Source: Candidatus Thorarchaeota archaeon
GTDB lineage: Archaea > Asgardarchaeota > Thorarchaeia > Thorarchaeales > Thorarchaeaceae
Assembly: GCA_046482545.1 (NCBI GenBank)
Contig: JAWOEX010000010.1
Location: 160,001-224,000 of the forward strand
Length of the DNA: 64,000 bases
Direction of reading: 5' to 3'
In this document: one piece after another, positions 40,597 through 51,569 of the stretch
How the letters are laid out: every line of letters starts with the position of its first letter
How positions within the stretch are numbered: the stretch's first letter is position 1
The notes under the pieces: model-generated
The model's input: only the letters and a program-made list of their open reading frames with translations
Told to the model about the DNA's origin: nothing
Database searches by the model: none
Made by a program: the position numbers and the translations under genes

Positions 40597-40878
40597 ATGG
40601 AAACACAAGCTGCATTAGAACACTCAGAAATACTAGATGGTACATTATTTCATATCCAGGTCAATCACTGCCAATATATTGACGACTTCCCGGAGGAGGT
40701 CGCTAATGTCTTCAAGGAGAATATGAGTGGTCATCTCGTCAAAGACTTTGACACAATCAAGGATGACCTCAAAAAAATCGACACGAACTTCTTCAAAATT
40801 AACAAAAGCCGAATCAACAAGAATGAATTCTACAAATCACTTTATGAAAGGATAACCAAGCGTGCTAAAAGGGCATAA
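40597..40878 (+). CDS. Hypothetical protein (93 aa)
   Basis: ORF in an intergenic gap with an AT-rich upstream region. Confidence 0.6.
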   Translation: METQAALEHSEILDGTLFHIQVNHCQYIDDFPEEVANVFKENMSGHLVKDFDTIKDDLKKIDTNFFKINKSRINKNEFYKSLYERITKRAKRA

Positions 40879-40926
40879 TGCAAATCTGCCCGAGATTCGT
40901 ACCATAAATGGCCTACCTATAGGGAT

Positions 40927-42354
40927 TTAACTCTCGACCAGAGGTAGTGTCAAGACGAACTTGGCCCCCTCTGTGACCTTGCCAGGAACTCGATCCTCTA
41001 TGCAGATGCTACCACCATGTTTCTTTATCATCTGAGAAACGAGCATCAGGCCAACACCCCTTCTGCGTTTGTTAGTATCGAGAATCTCCTCCTTTCGAGG
41101 GTCGCTGATTCCAGGACCATTATCAGCTACTGCTATCTCGACAGAACCATCAGTTACCTCAACTTCAATCCATATCTTTTTCTCTGGCTTGGGATTGTGA
41201 TAGACGGCATTCTCAAGGATATTCCATAGCATGTCACCCAGTAAATCATCAGCAAGCACTTGAATCTCTTTATCCAACCCCTTAGTGATTACTTCGACAC
41301 AATGGACGCGTTTGAGAACTTGCGTTCGATATGCAATCACGTCAGTAAGATTCACCTCATGCCGCGGCAAATCTCTAAGCTGACTTATACGCTTGACTTT
41401 CGTTATGAGACGATTACAAAGTTCGACTGATTCCAGAATGTCATCCCTAGCTTCACGAACATAATATCGGGGTAAATCACAGTCGACCAAACCGGCTGCT
41501 GTCATGATAACCTGAAGCTGATTGGCTATGTCGTGGGTAAGCAAATCGAGATAGAAGCGCTGAGTCTGCTCCATCTCTTTGAGTGAGCTTACATCAGTCA
41601 CCACTGCAAAGGATCCAACGTAATCGCCATTTTGACCGAAGTAGGGTGTTGCCGATATAATAGTAGGCACCTCTTCCCCCTGACTGTTCAGCCAAGTGAC
41701 CTCATAACGGCCCTTCTTTCCCTTTCTTCTCTTCTTCGCTCTTCTAAGGGCCATTTCTTTGTCTTGGTCTTGTGTGAACTTCATCCACTTCTTGCCCATG
41801 ATATCTTCTCTATCATAACCAAGCATATCACAGAAAGAATCATTTGCAAATATAATCCGGTCATCATCATCGTTCATAATGATGCCTTCATTCATTGTCT
41901 CGACCAGTATTCTATTCCGTCTCTGGGCTTCTCTTAAGGCTCGCTTGTCCGTTTCCTGCTGAGTAACATCAAGAACATGGGCAATGCTCTTCAGATTTCC
42001 TTGACTATCTTGTGCGAGTTCCACACGTGCCTCAAGTGTAACAGGAGATTGATTCTTACGCTTCAGACGAAATTTGTAGACGGAAGGGGGACTACCACCC
42101 TGCCTGCGAATCTCAAAGCGTTTCGATACAAGATCTCTGTCTTCGTCGACAACTAATGGCCTGAAATCGTGGCCAACGAGATCCTCCTTCGTGCCCCCGA
42201 AAATTCTGCACGCTTCTCTGTTTGCGTATTCAATCTCATAAGATGAGTTGATGATTACAATACCATCATGGGAGTTATCTATCATTGCTTTCAATACTTC
42301 ATCCTCAGGCGAAAAATCACCGATTTCTTCTGAGGCTTCCTCATCTTTGGTCAT
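40927..42354 (-). CDS. PAS-PAS sensor histidine kinase
   Basis: Two PAS domains; THDIANQL H-box; NILENA, DNGPGI, GVGL. Confidence 0.93.
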   Translation of the reverse strand: MTKDEEASEEIGDFSPEDEVLKAMIDNSHDGIVIINSSYEIEYANREACRIFGGTKEDLVGHDFRPLVVDEDRDLVSKRFEIRRQGGSPPSVYKFRLKRKNQSPVTLEARVELAQDSQGNLKSIAHVLDVTQQETDKRALREAQRRNRILVETMNEGIIMNDDDDRIIFANDSFCDMLGYDREDIMGKKWMKFTQDQDKEMALRRAKKRRKGKKGRYEVTWLNSQGEEVPTIISATPYFGQNGDYVGSFAVVTDVSSLKEMEQTQRFYLDLLTHDIANQLQVIMTAAGLVDCDLPRYYVREARDDILESVELCNRLITKVKRISQLRDLPRHEVNLTDVIAYRTQVLKRVHCVEVITKGLDKEIQVLADDLLGDMLWNILENAVYHNPKPEKKIWIEVEVTDGSVEIAVADNGPGISDPRKEEILDTNKRRRGVGLMLVSQMIKKHGGSICIEDRVPGKVTEGAKFVLTLPLVES

Positions 42355-42606
42355 AACATCAGAGCACTCCTCTGAATCATTTGCTTCACGAATTGACTCT
42401 CGCTCATCACAAGTATTATTTGCATGTAGACGCGGCTCAAGACTATGCTTCCATTGCGGGCTATACGAAGCAATGATGCCTTAATAGGCTTGTGAGTTCA
42501 TGTGAAACACGAAGTATACAACCCCAACAGATTAACTTTTCTAAGGCACGTGCATTCCCATTATCCAAGCAGTATGCTCTCAAACAGGGGCATATAGCAA
42601 ACTAGG

Positions 42607-44211
42607 TTGGTGTCCAAGACGAAAAATGCCCTAGTAGTTTTCGAACCAACAGGCCTACGAATCTCCAGTCCAGAAGAGGCTAGCATACTTCAGGCAGCCC
42701 GGTCAGGAGGACTTCATATTCCTTCTGAATGTGGGGGAAAAGGCACATGCGGCAGCTGCAAAGTGATAATGCACCCGGTTCCCAGTCCAAAACCAAGTGA
42801 CCTTCAATGCTTGAGCAAAGAAGAAATCGTACAAGGGTATCGTCTCGCCTGTCAGCACAACCCGGTTAACGGTATGAGAGTGGTTATTCCACAAACTGTA
42901 ACTGAAGCGAAAATCCTGACGGATACCAAGCCCAGTTCCAGAGAAATAACACCCGACCCAAATCTCGAAGGGAAGGTAGGATTCGCTGTTGATATAGGGA
43001 CAACTACGATAGTTGTGTATATGATGGACCTTGGGAATGGGGCCCAGATAGCACAAGCTGCAGCCCTCAATCCCCAAATCGCATTTGGCGAAGACGTAAT
43101 GTCGCGTATAACCTATGCTATGGAAAATGAAGAAGGTCTAGCAACACTGAGAGAGAAGGTAGTTACTCGCGTGGAAAAACTGATCTCTGAGCTGTGCGAA
43201 GCACAATCTGTTGAGAGCGCGAAAGTACTCAGATATTCAATAGTTGGCAATACAGCTATGCATCATCTGTTCCTAGGGCTTGAAGTATCAAATCTTGGTC
43301 TATCTCCATATCGCCCCACAATCAGCAAAGCACTCACCAAGACTGCTCAGGATGTTGGACTAACCTCAACAGGTCAAGCAGAAGTGTACTTGGCTCCTAA
43401 TCTGGCTGGATTTGTTGGAGGTGACACGGTTGGTTTTATTTTATCTCAGGAGCTATACCAAAGCGATACGGTCAGTCTTGGCATAGATGTCGGCACCAAC
43501 GGTGAAATTGTCATATCAAAGAAAGGACAGATCTTCTGCTGTTCTGCTGCGGCAGGGTCAGCCTTCGAAGGTGCGACTATTCGCTATGGCATGAGAGGGC
43601 AGAAAGGAGCAATAGAGTATGTTTCCATAACATCTCCGAATGAACCGCCAGAGCTGACGGTGATAGGTGATACAACGCCAAAAGGAATTTGTGGATCGGC
43701 TATAGTAGATATCGTTGTCGAGCTAAAGGAAAATGGGCTTTTGGATTCGGGTGGACGGTTAATGAGTGGGAATCGAATAGAAGAACATGAAGATATCGGA
43801 AGGCTGTATGTGGTTGTAGAAGAGGGGGAATTGGGCGCTACTCGAAGAATTGTATTCACTCAGAAGGATGTCCGGCAGGTTCAGCTCGCCAAGGCTGCAA
43901 TCAGGGCAGGTACCCAGATTCTCATGCAAGAAGCAGAAATTGAGATAGAGGAGTTGTCGGTGCTTTACCTCGCAGGCGCGTTTGGAAACTACATCCGTCC
44001 GTCAAGCGCACTGAAACTGGGACTTCTTCCACCTGTGGGTAAATCAAGGGTGGTACCAGTAGGTAATGCCGCAGGGGATGGGGCAAAACGATTGCTCCTT
44101 TCCAAAGATGAGAGAAGAAAGGCAGAGCGATTTGCGCAGCGAGTAAAATATATCGAGCTAGCAAAGCATCAAGATTTTACCGAGAATTTCACTAGTGCCA
44201 TCTCACTTTAG
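42607..44211 (+). CDS. 2Fe-2S/ASKHA corrinoid reductive activase (RamA/RACo-like)
   Basis: CGGKGTCGSC, RLACQ, DIGTTT, DVGTNGEI, AGAFG. Confidence 0.92.
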   Translation: MVSKTKNALVVFEPTGLRISSPEEASILQAARSGGLHIPSECGGKGTCGSCKVIMHPVPSPKPSDLQCLSKEEIVQGYRLACQHNPVNGMRVVIPQTVTEAKILTDTKPSSREITPDPNLEGKVGFAVDIGTTTIVVYMMDLGNGAQIAQAAALNPQIAFGEDVMSRITYAMENEEGLATLREKVVTRVEKLISELCEAQSVESAKVLRYSIVGNTAMHHLFLGLEVSNLGLSPYRPTISKALTKTAQDVGLTSTGQAEVYLAPNLAGFVGGDTVGFILSQELYQSDTVSLGIDVGTNGEIVISKKGQIFCCSAAAGSAFEGATIRYGMRGQKGAIEYVSITSPNEPPELTVIGDTTPKGICGSAIVDIVVELKENGLLDSGGRLMSGNRIEEHEDIGRLYVVVEEGELGATRRIVFTQKDVRQVQLAKAAIRAGTQILMQEAEIEIEELSVLYLAGAFGNYIRPSSALKLGLLPPVGKSRVVPVGNAAGDGAKRLLLSKDERRKAERFAQRVKYIELAKHQDFTENFTSAISL

Positions 44212-44294
44212 TATAGGTGACAAAGATATTGTGAGAGAAGCACACCATTTATCGATTGCACTGAATCTAGTAGGGAGGGACACTTGCAAACCAT

Positions 44295-44966
44295 TCAATC
44301 GGTATTGAACTCTTCCAGTATCTGAACCACTTCTTCATCGGTCAAATCATGCCAATCTCTATATGCGTTAGCGACAGCAAATACAAATCCTGTCTCGATT
44401 CTCGGACAAATAAACTCATCAACAACTGACTCCACGCGGTTCGCAGCACTATCTGATGCAGTAGGGACCAAGACAGTAATAGACTCAGGATGTTGCTCTC
44501 GAACCGAGCGGACAGCTGCAAGCATGGTATATCCTGAAGCTAGACCATCATCAACCAGTACAACATGAAGGGTTTCGGGATCAATATCCTTGAGATACTG
44601 AGCGTAAGTGTTGCGCCGCCGCTCAATCTGTTGTTCTGTTCTCTCCTTAGCGTGTTCTATTTTCTCGTCAGAAAGGTTTAGTCTCGCCAACAACTGATTA
44701 TTGAGAATCATGGTTCCAAAAGAGGTTAGTGCTCCAAATCCAGCTTCGGGGTTGTATGGAATCTGCATTTTTCTGACTATGATGAGACTCAACGACGCAC
44801 CTGTCTCCTGTGCGATTGGGGCAGCAACCGCAATCCCTCCGTTGGGAATGGCTAGTATCACACTTGCTTCGTCAATTCCCGCTTCAACTGCCTTTTCCGC
44901 GAGTACCTCGCCCGCATCTTTTCTGTTCACATAGTCCCAGCTCATATGGGAATACCGCTTGGACAA
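44295..44966 (-). CDS. Type I phosphoribosyltransferase
   Basis: VDDGLASGYT. Confidence 0.9.
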   Translation of the reverse strand: MSKRYSHMSWDYVNRKDAGEVLAEKAVEAGIDEASVILAIPNGGIAVAAPIAQETGASLSLIIVRKMQIPYNPEAGFGALTSFGTMILNNQLLARLNLSDEKIEHAKERTEQQIERRRNTYAQYLKDIDPETLHVVLVDDGLASGYTMLAAVRSVREQHPESITVLVPTASDSAANRVESVVDEFICPRIETGFVFAVANAYRDWHDLTDEEVVQILEEFNTD

Positions 44967-45005
44967 TGATGAATTCCATCTTATGGTTTCTGGGGTAGCG
45001 AGTTT

Positions 45006-46082
45006 TCACAGTCCGTGAATTGGATAAATCAAGTCCTTTAGTCGAGAGACACGTTGTTTGACAATGTCCCAGGTCTCTTTGTTGTCTTCAAAGGGCGCCT
45101 GTTGTGAGGGAGGAGTATACGAATGACCAGAAAGCTCGGAAAAGACGACGCCTAAACCCCATCGATAAGCGTCAGGATCATAGCCTCCTGCACCTAGAGC
45201 AACAAGATTTCCATCAGCGAAATTATGCGCTGTCTTGTGGAGATAGCCTGCAATATGCTCCACAGGTCGTGTCGTGAGAACCATGTGGGTCAATGGATCC
45301 AAATAATGGTTATCAAATCCAGGTAAGTAGAGTATCGCCTGTGGATTGAATGCCCCAATCAATGCAGGCACCAAGTTCTCGAAAGCATAGAGGTACACTT
45401 CATCGCCAGAATCCATCGGGAAAGGCATATTGATATTGTAGCCCTTCCCCTCCCCTCGGCCGATGTCTTTGATGTAACCATCGTGGGGGTACATCCACTC
45501 TGGATCTTCATGAAATGAAATTTGCATCACTGATGGATCATCATAGAAATATTCCTGTGTGCCATTGCCATGATGAGCGTCAAAATCGGCAATCAGAATC
45601 CTCTCCTTTCCTGAATTCTTGAGAACCTGCACAGCAGCAGCAACATCATTGAAAATGCAGAATCCACCACCCTTGTGGTACTTGGCATGATGAAATCCTC
45701 CTGTAGGCGAGATGCAATGGGTGAAATCTCCTTCGACAACTGCATCTACTGCCAGTACGGTTGCACCACACTGAATGCGCGCATTATCGTAAATCCCCTT
45801 GAAACCAGGTGTATCTATATCGATGTCCCCCTCACCGGTTTCCGATACCTCTTGCACGAATGAAATATACTCTTGCGAATGGATTCTAGCAAGCAATTCT
45901 TCAGAGATGGGGTCTGGGTTCAGCAGGGCAATTTGAGGGGCATCTAAGAATCCTTGTTTCAGAAGGAAATCATGTGCTTCAAAGAATCGACCTTTGCGCA
46001 ATGGATGCTTCCGCCCGTAATCGAATTCCTCGAAAAGTGGGCTCCACATGAAGCCTACTTTGCACGAGGGGGAAGATGACAT
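45006..46082 (-). CDS. Histone deacetylase/AcuC family protein
   Basis: GGFHHA, GFCIFND, DFDAHHGNG. Confidence 0.93.
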   Translation of the reverse strand: MSSSPSCKVGFMWSPLFEEFDYGRKHPLRKGRFFEAHDFLLKQGFLDAPQIALLNPDPISEELLARIHSQEYISFVQEVSETGEGDIDIDTPGFKGIYDNARIQCGATVLAVDAVVEGDFTHCISPTGGFHHAKYHKGGGFCIFNDVAAAVQVLKNSGKERILIADFDAHHGNGTQEYFYDDPSVMQISFHEDPEWMYPHDGYIKDIGRGEGKGYNINMPFPMDSGDEVYLYAFENLVPALIGAFNPQAILYLPGFDNHYLDPLTHMVLTTRPVEHIAGYLHKTAHNFADGNLVALGAGGYDPDAYRWGLGVVFSELSGHSYTPPSQQAPFEDNKETWDIVKQRVSRLKDLIYPIHGL

Positions 46083-46225
46083 GGTAATCTGTATTAGTGG
46101 AAGTGACGGTCCACTTAAAGTGCCATCATCGAGGAAAAAACAAGTTAATCATAAGCGAACTCACATTAAGCCTCGCTACATAGTGAATTCAAGGATCGCC
46201 ACCATTTAGCAAGACCCAAAGAGAG

Positions 46226-47032
46226 GTGCTATTGATGAAGGAGAAAACTCAAGCGAAGTTCAACCAAGTTCGGGGCATACTACGTGATAGGAACGTGCTT
46301 GTAGCCGTAAGTGGTGGTGTTGATAGCTCTGTACTTGCAGCTCTTGCTGTTGATAGTGCAAAGAAGGTGGTCCTTCTTACGATTGACAGCAGCATAGTGA
46401 CTTCTACAGATCGGAAAGGACTCGACGATCTTGCTGAGAAGTTTGATGTGGAACCGGTTGTCGTTGAATTCGACTGGATTGGACATGACAAGCTTGCTAA
46501 GAACCCGCCTGAACGTTGCTACAACTGTAAGAAGGAACTTGCAGCCCTCTGGAAGAAGGAAGCAGAAAGGAGGGGACTTGACATGGTTGTAGAAGGAACC
46601 AATGCCTCCGATTTGGGTAAAGACAGGCCTGGCATCAAAGCCCTGAAAGAACTGGGCATAAGGTCGCCCCTTGCGGAAGCGGGGATTACAAAGCGTGAAA
46701 TCAGGGAGTATGCAGCTGAACGTGACCTTCCGAGTGCGCATATCCCCTCCAGCACGTGCTTAGCGACTCGCTTCCAGTCAGGTACACAAATAACTGAGGA
46801 AAGGCTAGACAAAATCGCAGCCGCAGAGGAAATCGTGAGAAGCCTATTTGGTATTCAGTGTGTTAGGGCGCGGTATCATGGAAATTTAGTCAGGGTTGAG
46901 GTTGGCAATGATGAAAGAAAAAATCTCTTCGATTTACAGAAGCTGGACAATCTCCACAGAGAACTGAAGGATCTTGGTTTTGACTATGTTACAATAGATG
47001 TGTACGGCTACCAATCCGGTTCAATGGGGTAA
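46226..47032 (+). CDS. larE: LarE-like ATP-dependent sulfur transferase
   Basis: SGGVDS, RCYNCK, CLATRF. Confidence 0.88.
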   Translation: MLLMKEKTQAKFNQVRGILRDRNVLVAVSGGVDSSVLAALAVDSAKKVVLLTIDSSIVTSTDRKGLDDLAEKFDVEPVVVEFDWIGHDKLAKNPPERCYNCKKELAALWKKEAERRGLDMVVEGTNASDLGKDRPGIKALKELGIRSPLAEAGITKREIREYAAERDLPSAHIPSSTCLATRFQSGTQITEERLDKIAAAEEIVRSLFGIQCVRARYHGNLVRVEVGNDERKNLFDLQKLDNLHRELKDLGFDYVTIDVYGYQSGSMG

Positions 47033-47084
47033 TACAGATACTGAATGTTGGGTGGAGACGCCCATAGAACGCTCTCTTCCGAAA

Positions 47085-47231
47085 CTACTTCTCTTCTGTC
47101 CACCTTCGTACCAAGCGGTATAGATGGGTTGTCTGCTCTTCTGTGAGATCCTTCAGTCTTGCATTGATGAATTTGCGCATCATCTTAAGGCTTACAAATC
47201 GCTCTGCTAGTTCCTTAGCCTTATTCGGCAT
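47085..47231 (-). CDS. Small basic protein (48 aa)
   Basis: MPNKAKELAERFVSLKMMRKF...; purine-rich RBS-like sequence upstream. Confidence 0.5.
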   Translation of the reverse strand: MPNKAKELAERFVSLKMMRKFINARLKDLTEEQTTHLYRLVRRWTEEK

Positions 47232-47287
47232 TGGTCTTCTCTGTCTCCTAAAGCCTGCTTTGGTGTTGTAAGAGCGCAGATAAAGAT

Positions 47288-48472
47288 TCACTCTATGCAA
47301 ATGAGCTCCTCTTGCGGCATTGATAGGAATTCACACCCATCATCAGTCACCACAACATCTTCTTCTAGACTCAGCTGGCCGTAATCTTCTGTTCTAACAT
47401 ATAACTCAAGGGTGAACACATTGCCCACCTCCACTTCCCCTTTTGGACTATCTCCATAGCGATCCCATAGTGGCCCAAGAAGGATTCCTCCATCATGAGC
47501 TGCCCGACCAACCTGGTGGCCTAGTGCATGTTGATATTCCTCGTAACCTCTCTCCTTGACATAGTCGCGAGCAATGGTATCGACTTCGTGCCCCTTCACG
47601 CCTGGTTTCAAATGCTGTGAAGATTTCTGTATAGCCCCATAGACTGTATCAAACGCATCCTGAATCTGTTCAGGAATTTCAGTTGGCGAGCCAAAGTAGA
47701 ACATCCGTTGTATATCAGAACAGTATCCCTCTTTCTTAACGCCAAAATCGAAATGGAGCAAATGGCCGGATTTAGTCTTATTCTCTGTCGGACCCGAATG
47801 CCCAAATTCCTTGTTCGGACCAGCATCAACAGCCGGATTATGCTCTGGGTCCCAAGCATCCCCCACATTATAGTCAGACATTCTCTGTTTGAAAAATTCG
47901 TAGATTTCTATCTCGGAGAGTCCAGGCCTAACGAAGGCCTCGGCATCGTTGTAGATGGTTTCTGTGATGCGGACTGCATTTCTAATCCTCTCAATCTCCG
48001 ATGATGTTTTCCTCCCTCTCAAACTGCCTATTACATGCTCCGCACTCACTAACCTGTCTTGATAGGGAGTGCCTTCCAGATACTCCTGCAATAGGAGATG
48101 CATACCTACTGTCAATCCATCTGCGGCCACATCATTTTTGCTGAAGTTTATTGCAATCTTGTTCGGATTAATCTTCTCAAGAACAGTGATGAGTTGGTCT
48201 CTGATTCCCTCCGTGTAAGGAACAACTTCATCGAAAATTCCTGCTTGCTCAATTCCGTCTGCGTCAAAATTGCCAACAATCGCGGTCCTTATTCCGTCTT
48301 TTGAATAGACTAACGCAGATTGCCAGACTAGGTCTCTGCCCAAGATGATCGGAAGCACAGGATCTGCCATTTGAGAGGTCTCGCGCACCCAAATCAACCA
48401 TGCATCCAAATCAAATTCGTCAAGTATTTCACATGCTTGGGCGCTCTTCTCCAATTCCAAGTTCTTACTCAA
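47288..48472 (-). CDS. Xaa-Pro aminopeptidase (M24)
   Basis: DFGV...YCSD, HALGHQVG...HD, EEDVVVT. Confidence 0.93.
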   Translation of the reverse strand: MSKNLELEKSAQACEILDEFDLDAWLIWVRETSQMADPVLPIILGRDLVWQSALVYSKDGIRTAIVGNFDADGIEQAGIFDEVVPYTEGIRDQLITVLEKINPNKIAINFSKNDVAADGLTVGMHLLLQEYLEGTPYQDRLVSAEHVIGSLRGRKTSSEIERIRNAVRITETIYNDAEAFVRPGLSEIEIYEFFKQRMSDYNVGDAWDPEHNPAVDAGPNKEFGHSGPTENKTKSGHLLHFDFGVKKEGYCSDIQRMFYFGSPTEIPEQIQDAFDTVYGAIQKSSQHLKPGVKGHEVDTIARDYVKERGYEEYQHALGHQVGRAAHDGGILLGPLWDRYGDSPKGEVEVGNVFTLELYVRTEDYGQLSLEEDVVVTDDGCEFLSMPQEELICIE

Positions 48473-48584
48473 GGGACATCCTCCAGACTCTGGAAGACAG
48501 AGGGTAGGTTATAATCTGAACGGAATGAAGGGGAAGTCTTATTCGATGCTTAACTTTGTTCTAGTTCGAGTAAGGGTATGCGAA

Positions 48585-48995
48585 ATGTTCACCATGGAAA
48601 TTGGGGAAGTACAGCCCAGTCAGCTATACATAAGCCAGAAGAAACTCGACTTGGTGCAAAAGCATTTCGGGAAAGGAAATCAATCAGAACTTGAGCCTAT
48701 ACCCGTGAAAAGGCTTGATGACGACATAGTTGCCACAGATGGGCATACACGAGGGCTCGCCTGGTTCCTGAACGGTCACTTGGATCTACCGTTGATTTGG
48801 GAAGATGAGGAATTGGATTGGGAAGCTTACAGGATCTGTGTTCAATGGTGTAAGGATGAAGGAATATCGTCTATGGCGGACCTAAAGACGCGGATTGTTC
48901 CACACGACGAATATGAGGAAATATGGCTAGACAGATGCAGGGTGATGCAGGGTGAACTAGCTGAGAAGCGCAGCGAAAGGAAGCAACCTGAATGA
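48585..48995 (+). CDS. ParB/sulfiredoxin-like small protein
   Basis: VQPSQLYIS, PIPV...TDGHTR. Confidence 0.7.
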   Translation: MFTMEIGEVQPSQLYISQKKLDLVQKHFGKGNQSELEPIPVKRLDDDIVATDGHTRGLAWFLNGHLDLPLIWEDEELDWEAYRICVQWCKDEGISSMADLKTRIVPHDEYEEIWLDRCRVMQGELAEKRSERKQPE

Positions 48996-49044
48996 TTCTG
49001 TTGAAATGGTATAAAAGCCGTCTCAGTCCATACTTCTTGGGAAA

Positions 49045-50004
49045 CTAATAGTAGGGAGACTTGTAGAGCAGATATCTCCGTACTAGCGGACGGAAGAGTC
49101 TGACCAGCATCCTCTTTTTACCCATCTCGTCCTTGAAATCCTCCAAGAATTTCTCAAAAGACCTAGTTTGATATCCTAAGAGCTCCTGAGCCTCTTTGCT
49201 ATCCATCCAATCAGTATGAAAATAATCCTCTTCAGTTTCAGGAGTGATAAACGCCTCATCGGGCAGCATACCAATACCCAGCGCATCAAGCATTGACGCC
49301 AGAAAGTCTCTATAATACATTCGACAATCTTTTCCCCCACCAAGAAGCAATACTTTACCCACGGTATCAGCCGGAACGCCCTTTGCAAGAGCTAGGCCGA
49401 TATCCTTGGTGTGCACGAACTCTATCCGCTGATCGAGAGGTATCTCGAACATAATCGAATCAATGTCCATGCTAAGTCGAAGCGGCGTTACGACTCCGAA
49501 CCGCATGATTGTCCACGGAAGTCCACTTTCCTTCACGATGTGTTCGCTCTCAATCTTGTGTGCAGTATACGCATCAGTTGCCACTTGTGGGTCACCAGCT
49601 TTTCTAGGCGGACCGTCTCCCGTACAATGGCCGTAGGTGGCAATTGAACTCGCGTATACGAATCGGGGATTCTTCTCGGATTGCAATGCAGCATCAACAA
49701 GATTCTTCGTACCGCCGACATTGACTTCCTTGGCAAGCTGGGGATTTCTGTCTGCTTGAGGCGGAATGATTGCTGCTAGGTGAATAACAGCATCCTTACC
49801 ACCTAAAGCCTGCGACACCTCGGAATAATCCCTTATGTCTCCCCAAAAAATGTCAAACTCAAATTCCATGCAGAGTTTTTCAGCCCTTTGGCGGTTCCTC
49901 TTGTTTGGGAGATCAAAACAGCATATATCATGGCCATGATAGTGAAGAGACTCCAAAGTACTCTCACCAACGTTACCAAAGGCTCCAGTTAGCAGTACTT
50001 TCAT
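49045..50004 (-). CDS. Extended SDR NAD(P)-dependent oxidoreductase
   Basis: TGAFGNVG, HLAA, YTAHK. Confidence 0.9.
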   Translation of the reverse strand: MKVLLTGAFGNVGESTLESLHYHGHDICCFDLPNKRNRQRAEKLCMEFEFDIFWGDIRDYSEVSQALGGKDAVIHLAAIIPPQADRNPQLAKEVNVGGTKNLVDAALQSEKNPRFVYASSIATYGHCTGDGPPRKAGDPQVATDAYTAHKIESEHIVKESGLPWTIMRFGVVTPLRLSMDIDSIMFEIPLDQRIEFVHTKDIGLALAKGVPADTVGKVLLLGGGKDCRMYYRDFLASMLDALGIGMLPDEAFITPETEEDYFHTDWMDSKEAQELLGYQTRSFEKFLEDFKDEMGKKRMLVRLFRPLVRRYLLYKSPYY

Positions 50005-50176
50005 GACAGCATATATTCGCATGGATAGCAGATTAACCTTTGCAGTACCGAATAAAGCATACAAGTCAGGCAAATCAGAGGGCTAAGTGGCTATAGAGTC
50101 CTAGAAGGGTCGTTTTCGGAACTCTAACATCGGGAGATTTTATCCTAGAGAGAAGATACACTTGGTTTGATGTGTT

Positions 50177-50351
50177 ATGACAAACTGCCATGAAATGTAC
50201 AAGGGTCAGATACACGTCTGTAAGGAATTGTGGACTTGAACTCCAATTTGTTGCTGAGTGTGAATCTTGCGGCACAGACCCGAATCAGTGTGCCTGCGAT
50301 GAACCCCGTACCTTCTGCTGCTATAGCGAAGAACTTACCCTAAAAGATTAG
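50177..50351 (+). pseudogene. Frameshifted small Cys-rich metal-binding protein
   Basis: MTNCHEMYKGQIHVCK/NCGLELQFVAECESCGTDPNQCACDEPRTFCCYSEELTLKD; one extra base near 50225. Confidence 0.65.
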
Positions 50352-50477
50352 GCTCATTAACTCCTATTCATTCCTCGCTTTCTTCTTCGTGTTGATAGTA
50401 CATTCTGAAATCCGGTGCTTAGCTTGGTAATTGTTTCTTTACAAAAACTTAATAGGAACTCTTAACTATATTGAAGT

Positions 50478-51347
50478 ATGATTGATAAGGAACCATACGG
50501 ACATGGCGAGCTGAAGTGGGTATCAACAGATTGGCTGGAAGATCATATGGACGAAGTAAAAGTCGTCGATACACAGCCAGATGTGCATGATTATTTCACA
50601 GCACATATTCCTGGAGCTGTATATCTTGCAGGGAAGACTTTCAGAGCTCCGTTGAACGGATTACCAGCTCAATACGTAACTCCGCGACACATTGAAGGGT
50701 TGTTCGGAAGAATCGGACTCAGCGAGGACACACCCGTTGTTGTCTATACTGGTAAAGGAAGGCACAAGGGATGGGGTGATGGACTGGGACAGCCTATGAT
50801 GGCCTACACTCTCTTGAGGCATGGTGCCAAGGAGGTGTATCTGCTTGATGGCGGTATCGACAAGTGGATAGATGAAGGAAAAGAGATCAGCCAAGAATTC
50901 CCAGATGTAGTTGCTGATGTCTTCGAAGCAGAAGTCAACGAAGACGTATACATTACTCTTGATGAAGTCAAAGAACAGAAAGACAAAGACGACGTTATTC
51001 TCCTAGACGCTAGGCCGCCCAAATTCTATACGGGAGAAGAATCCCCCTGGATCAAAGACGGGCATATTCCAGGAGCTGTCAACCTTCCATGGTCAATGCT
51101 CATGACCGACGACAACAAGACCGAGCTCAAATCGTTAGAAGAGATAAAAAGTCTGGCAGAAGAAGTAGGAGCAACCAAAGATAAGCTAATCATCTGCAGC
51201 TGTGGAACAGGAAGAGAAGCAACAGCAGAGTATACAATCTTCAAACATCTATTGGGATATCCAAAGGTCAAACTCTTCGAGGGTAGTTTCACAGAATGGT
51301 CAGCTGATCCTAGCAGAGAGATTGTGAAAGGTAAAGACCCGTACTAA
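50478..51347 (+). CDS. Tandem-domain rhodanese sulfurtransferase
   Basis: HIPGAV twice, CSCGTGREA, FEGSFTEWS. Confidence 0.93.
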   Translation: MIDKEPYGHGELKWVSTDWLEDHMDEVKVVDTQPDVHDYFTAHIPGAVYLAGKTFRAPLNGLPAQYVTPRHIEGLFGRIGLSEDTPVVVYTGKGRHKGWGDGLGQPMMAYTLLRHGAKEVYLLDGGIDKWIDEGKEISQEFPDVVADVFEAEVNEDVYITLDEVKEQKDKDDVILLDARPPKFYTGEESPWIKDGHIPGAVNLPWSMLMTDDNKTELKSLEEIKSLAEEVGATKDKLIICSCGTGREATAEYTIFKHLLGYPKVKLFEGSFTEWSADPSREIVKGKDPY

Positions 51348-51417
51348 TCAGACCAATTGACATTCAACCTTAACCAATCCCAAACAATCTACAGCATACC
51401 CACAGAATAGTTTACAG

Positions 51418-51465
51418 GTGCGCCCAGACAGTAATTCAAGGGCGCACATACTTCTTTCTTTTCTT
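51418..51465 (+). terminator. Hairpin plus T tract
   Basis: gtgcgccc-N14-gggcgcac followed by cttctttcttttctt. Confidence 0.55.
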
Positions 51466-51569
51466 GTATTACTTGACAGGTCACTGGAGCCTATATGCAG
51501 GTACACCTACGTGAGTGATACACAAAATCAATAACACGGAAATTGTGGATTACCTTGACCACTGTGTGA

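Noticed and set aside
51418-51447. GTGCGCCCAGA resembles a group II intron 5' end
   Set aside because: It is one arm of a short terminator-like hairpin; there is no domain V or reverse transcriptase downstream.
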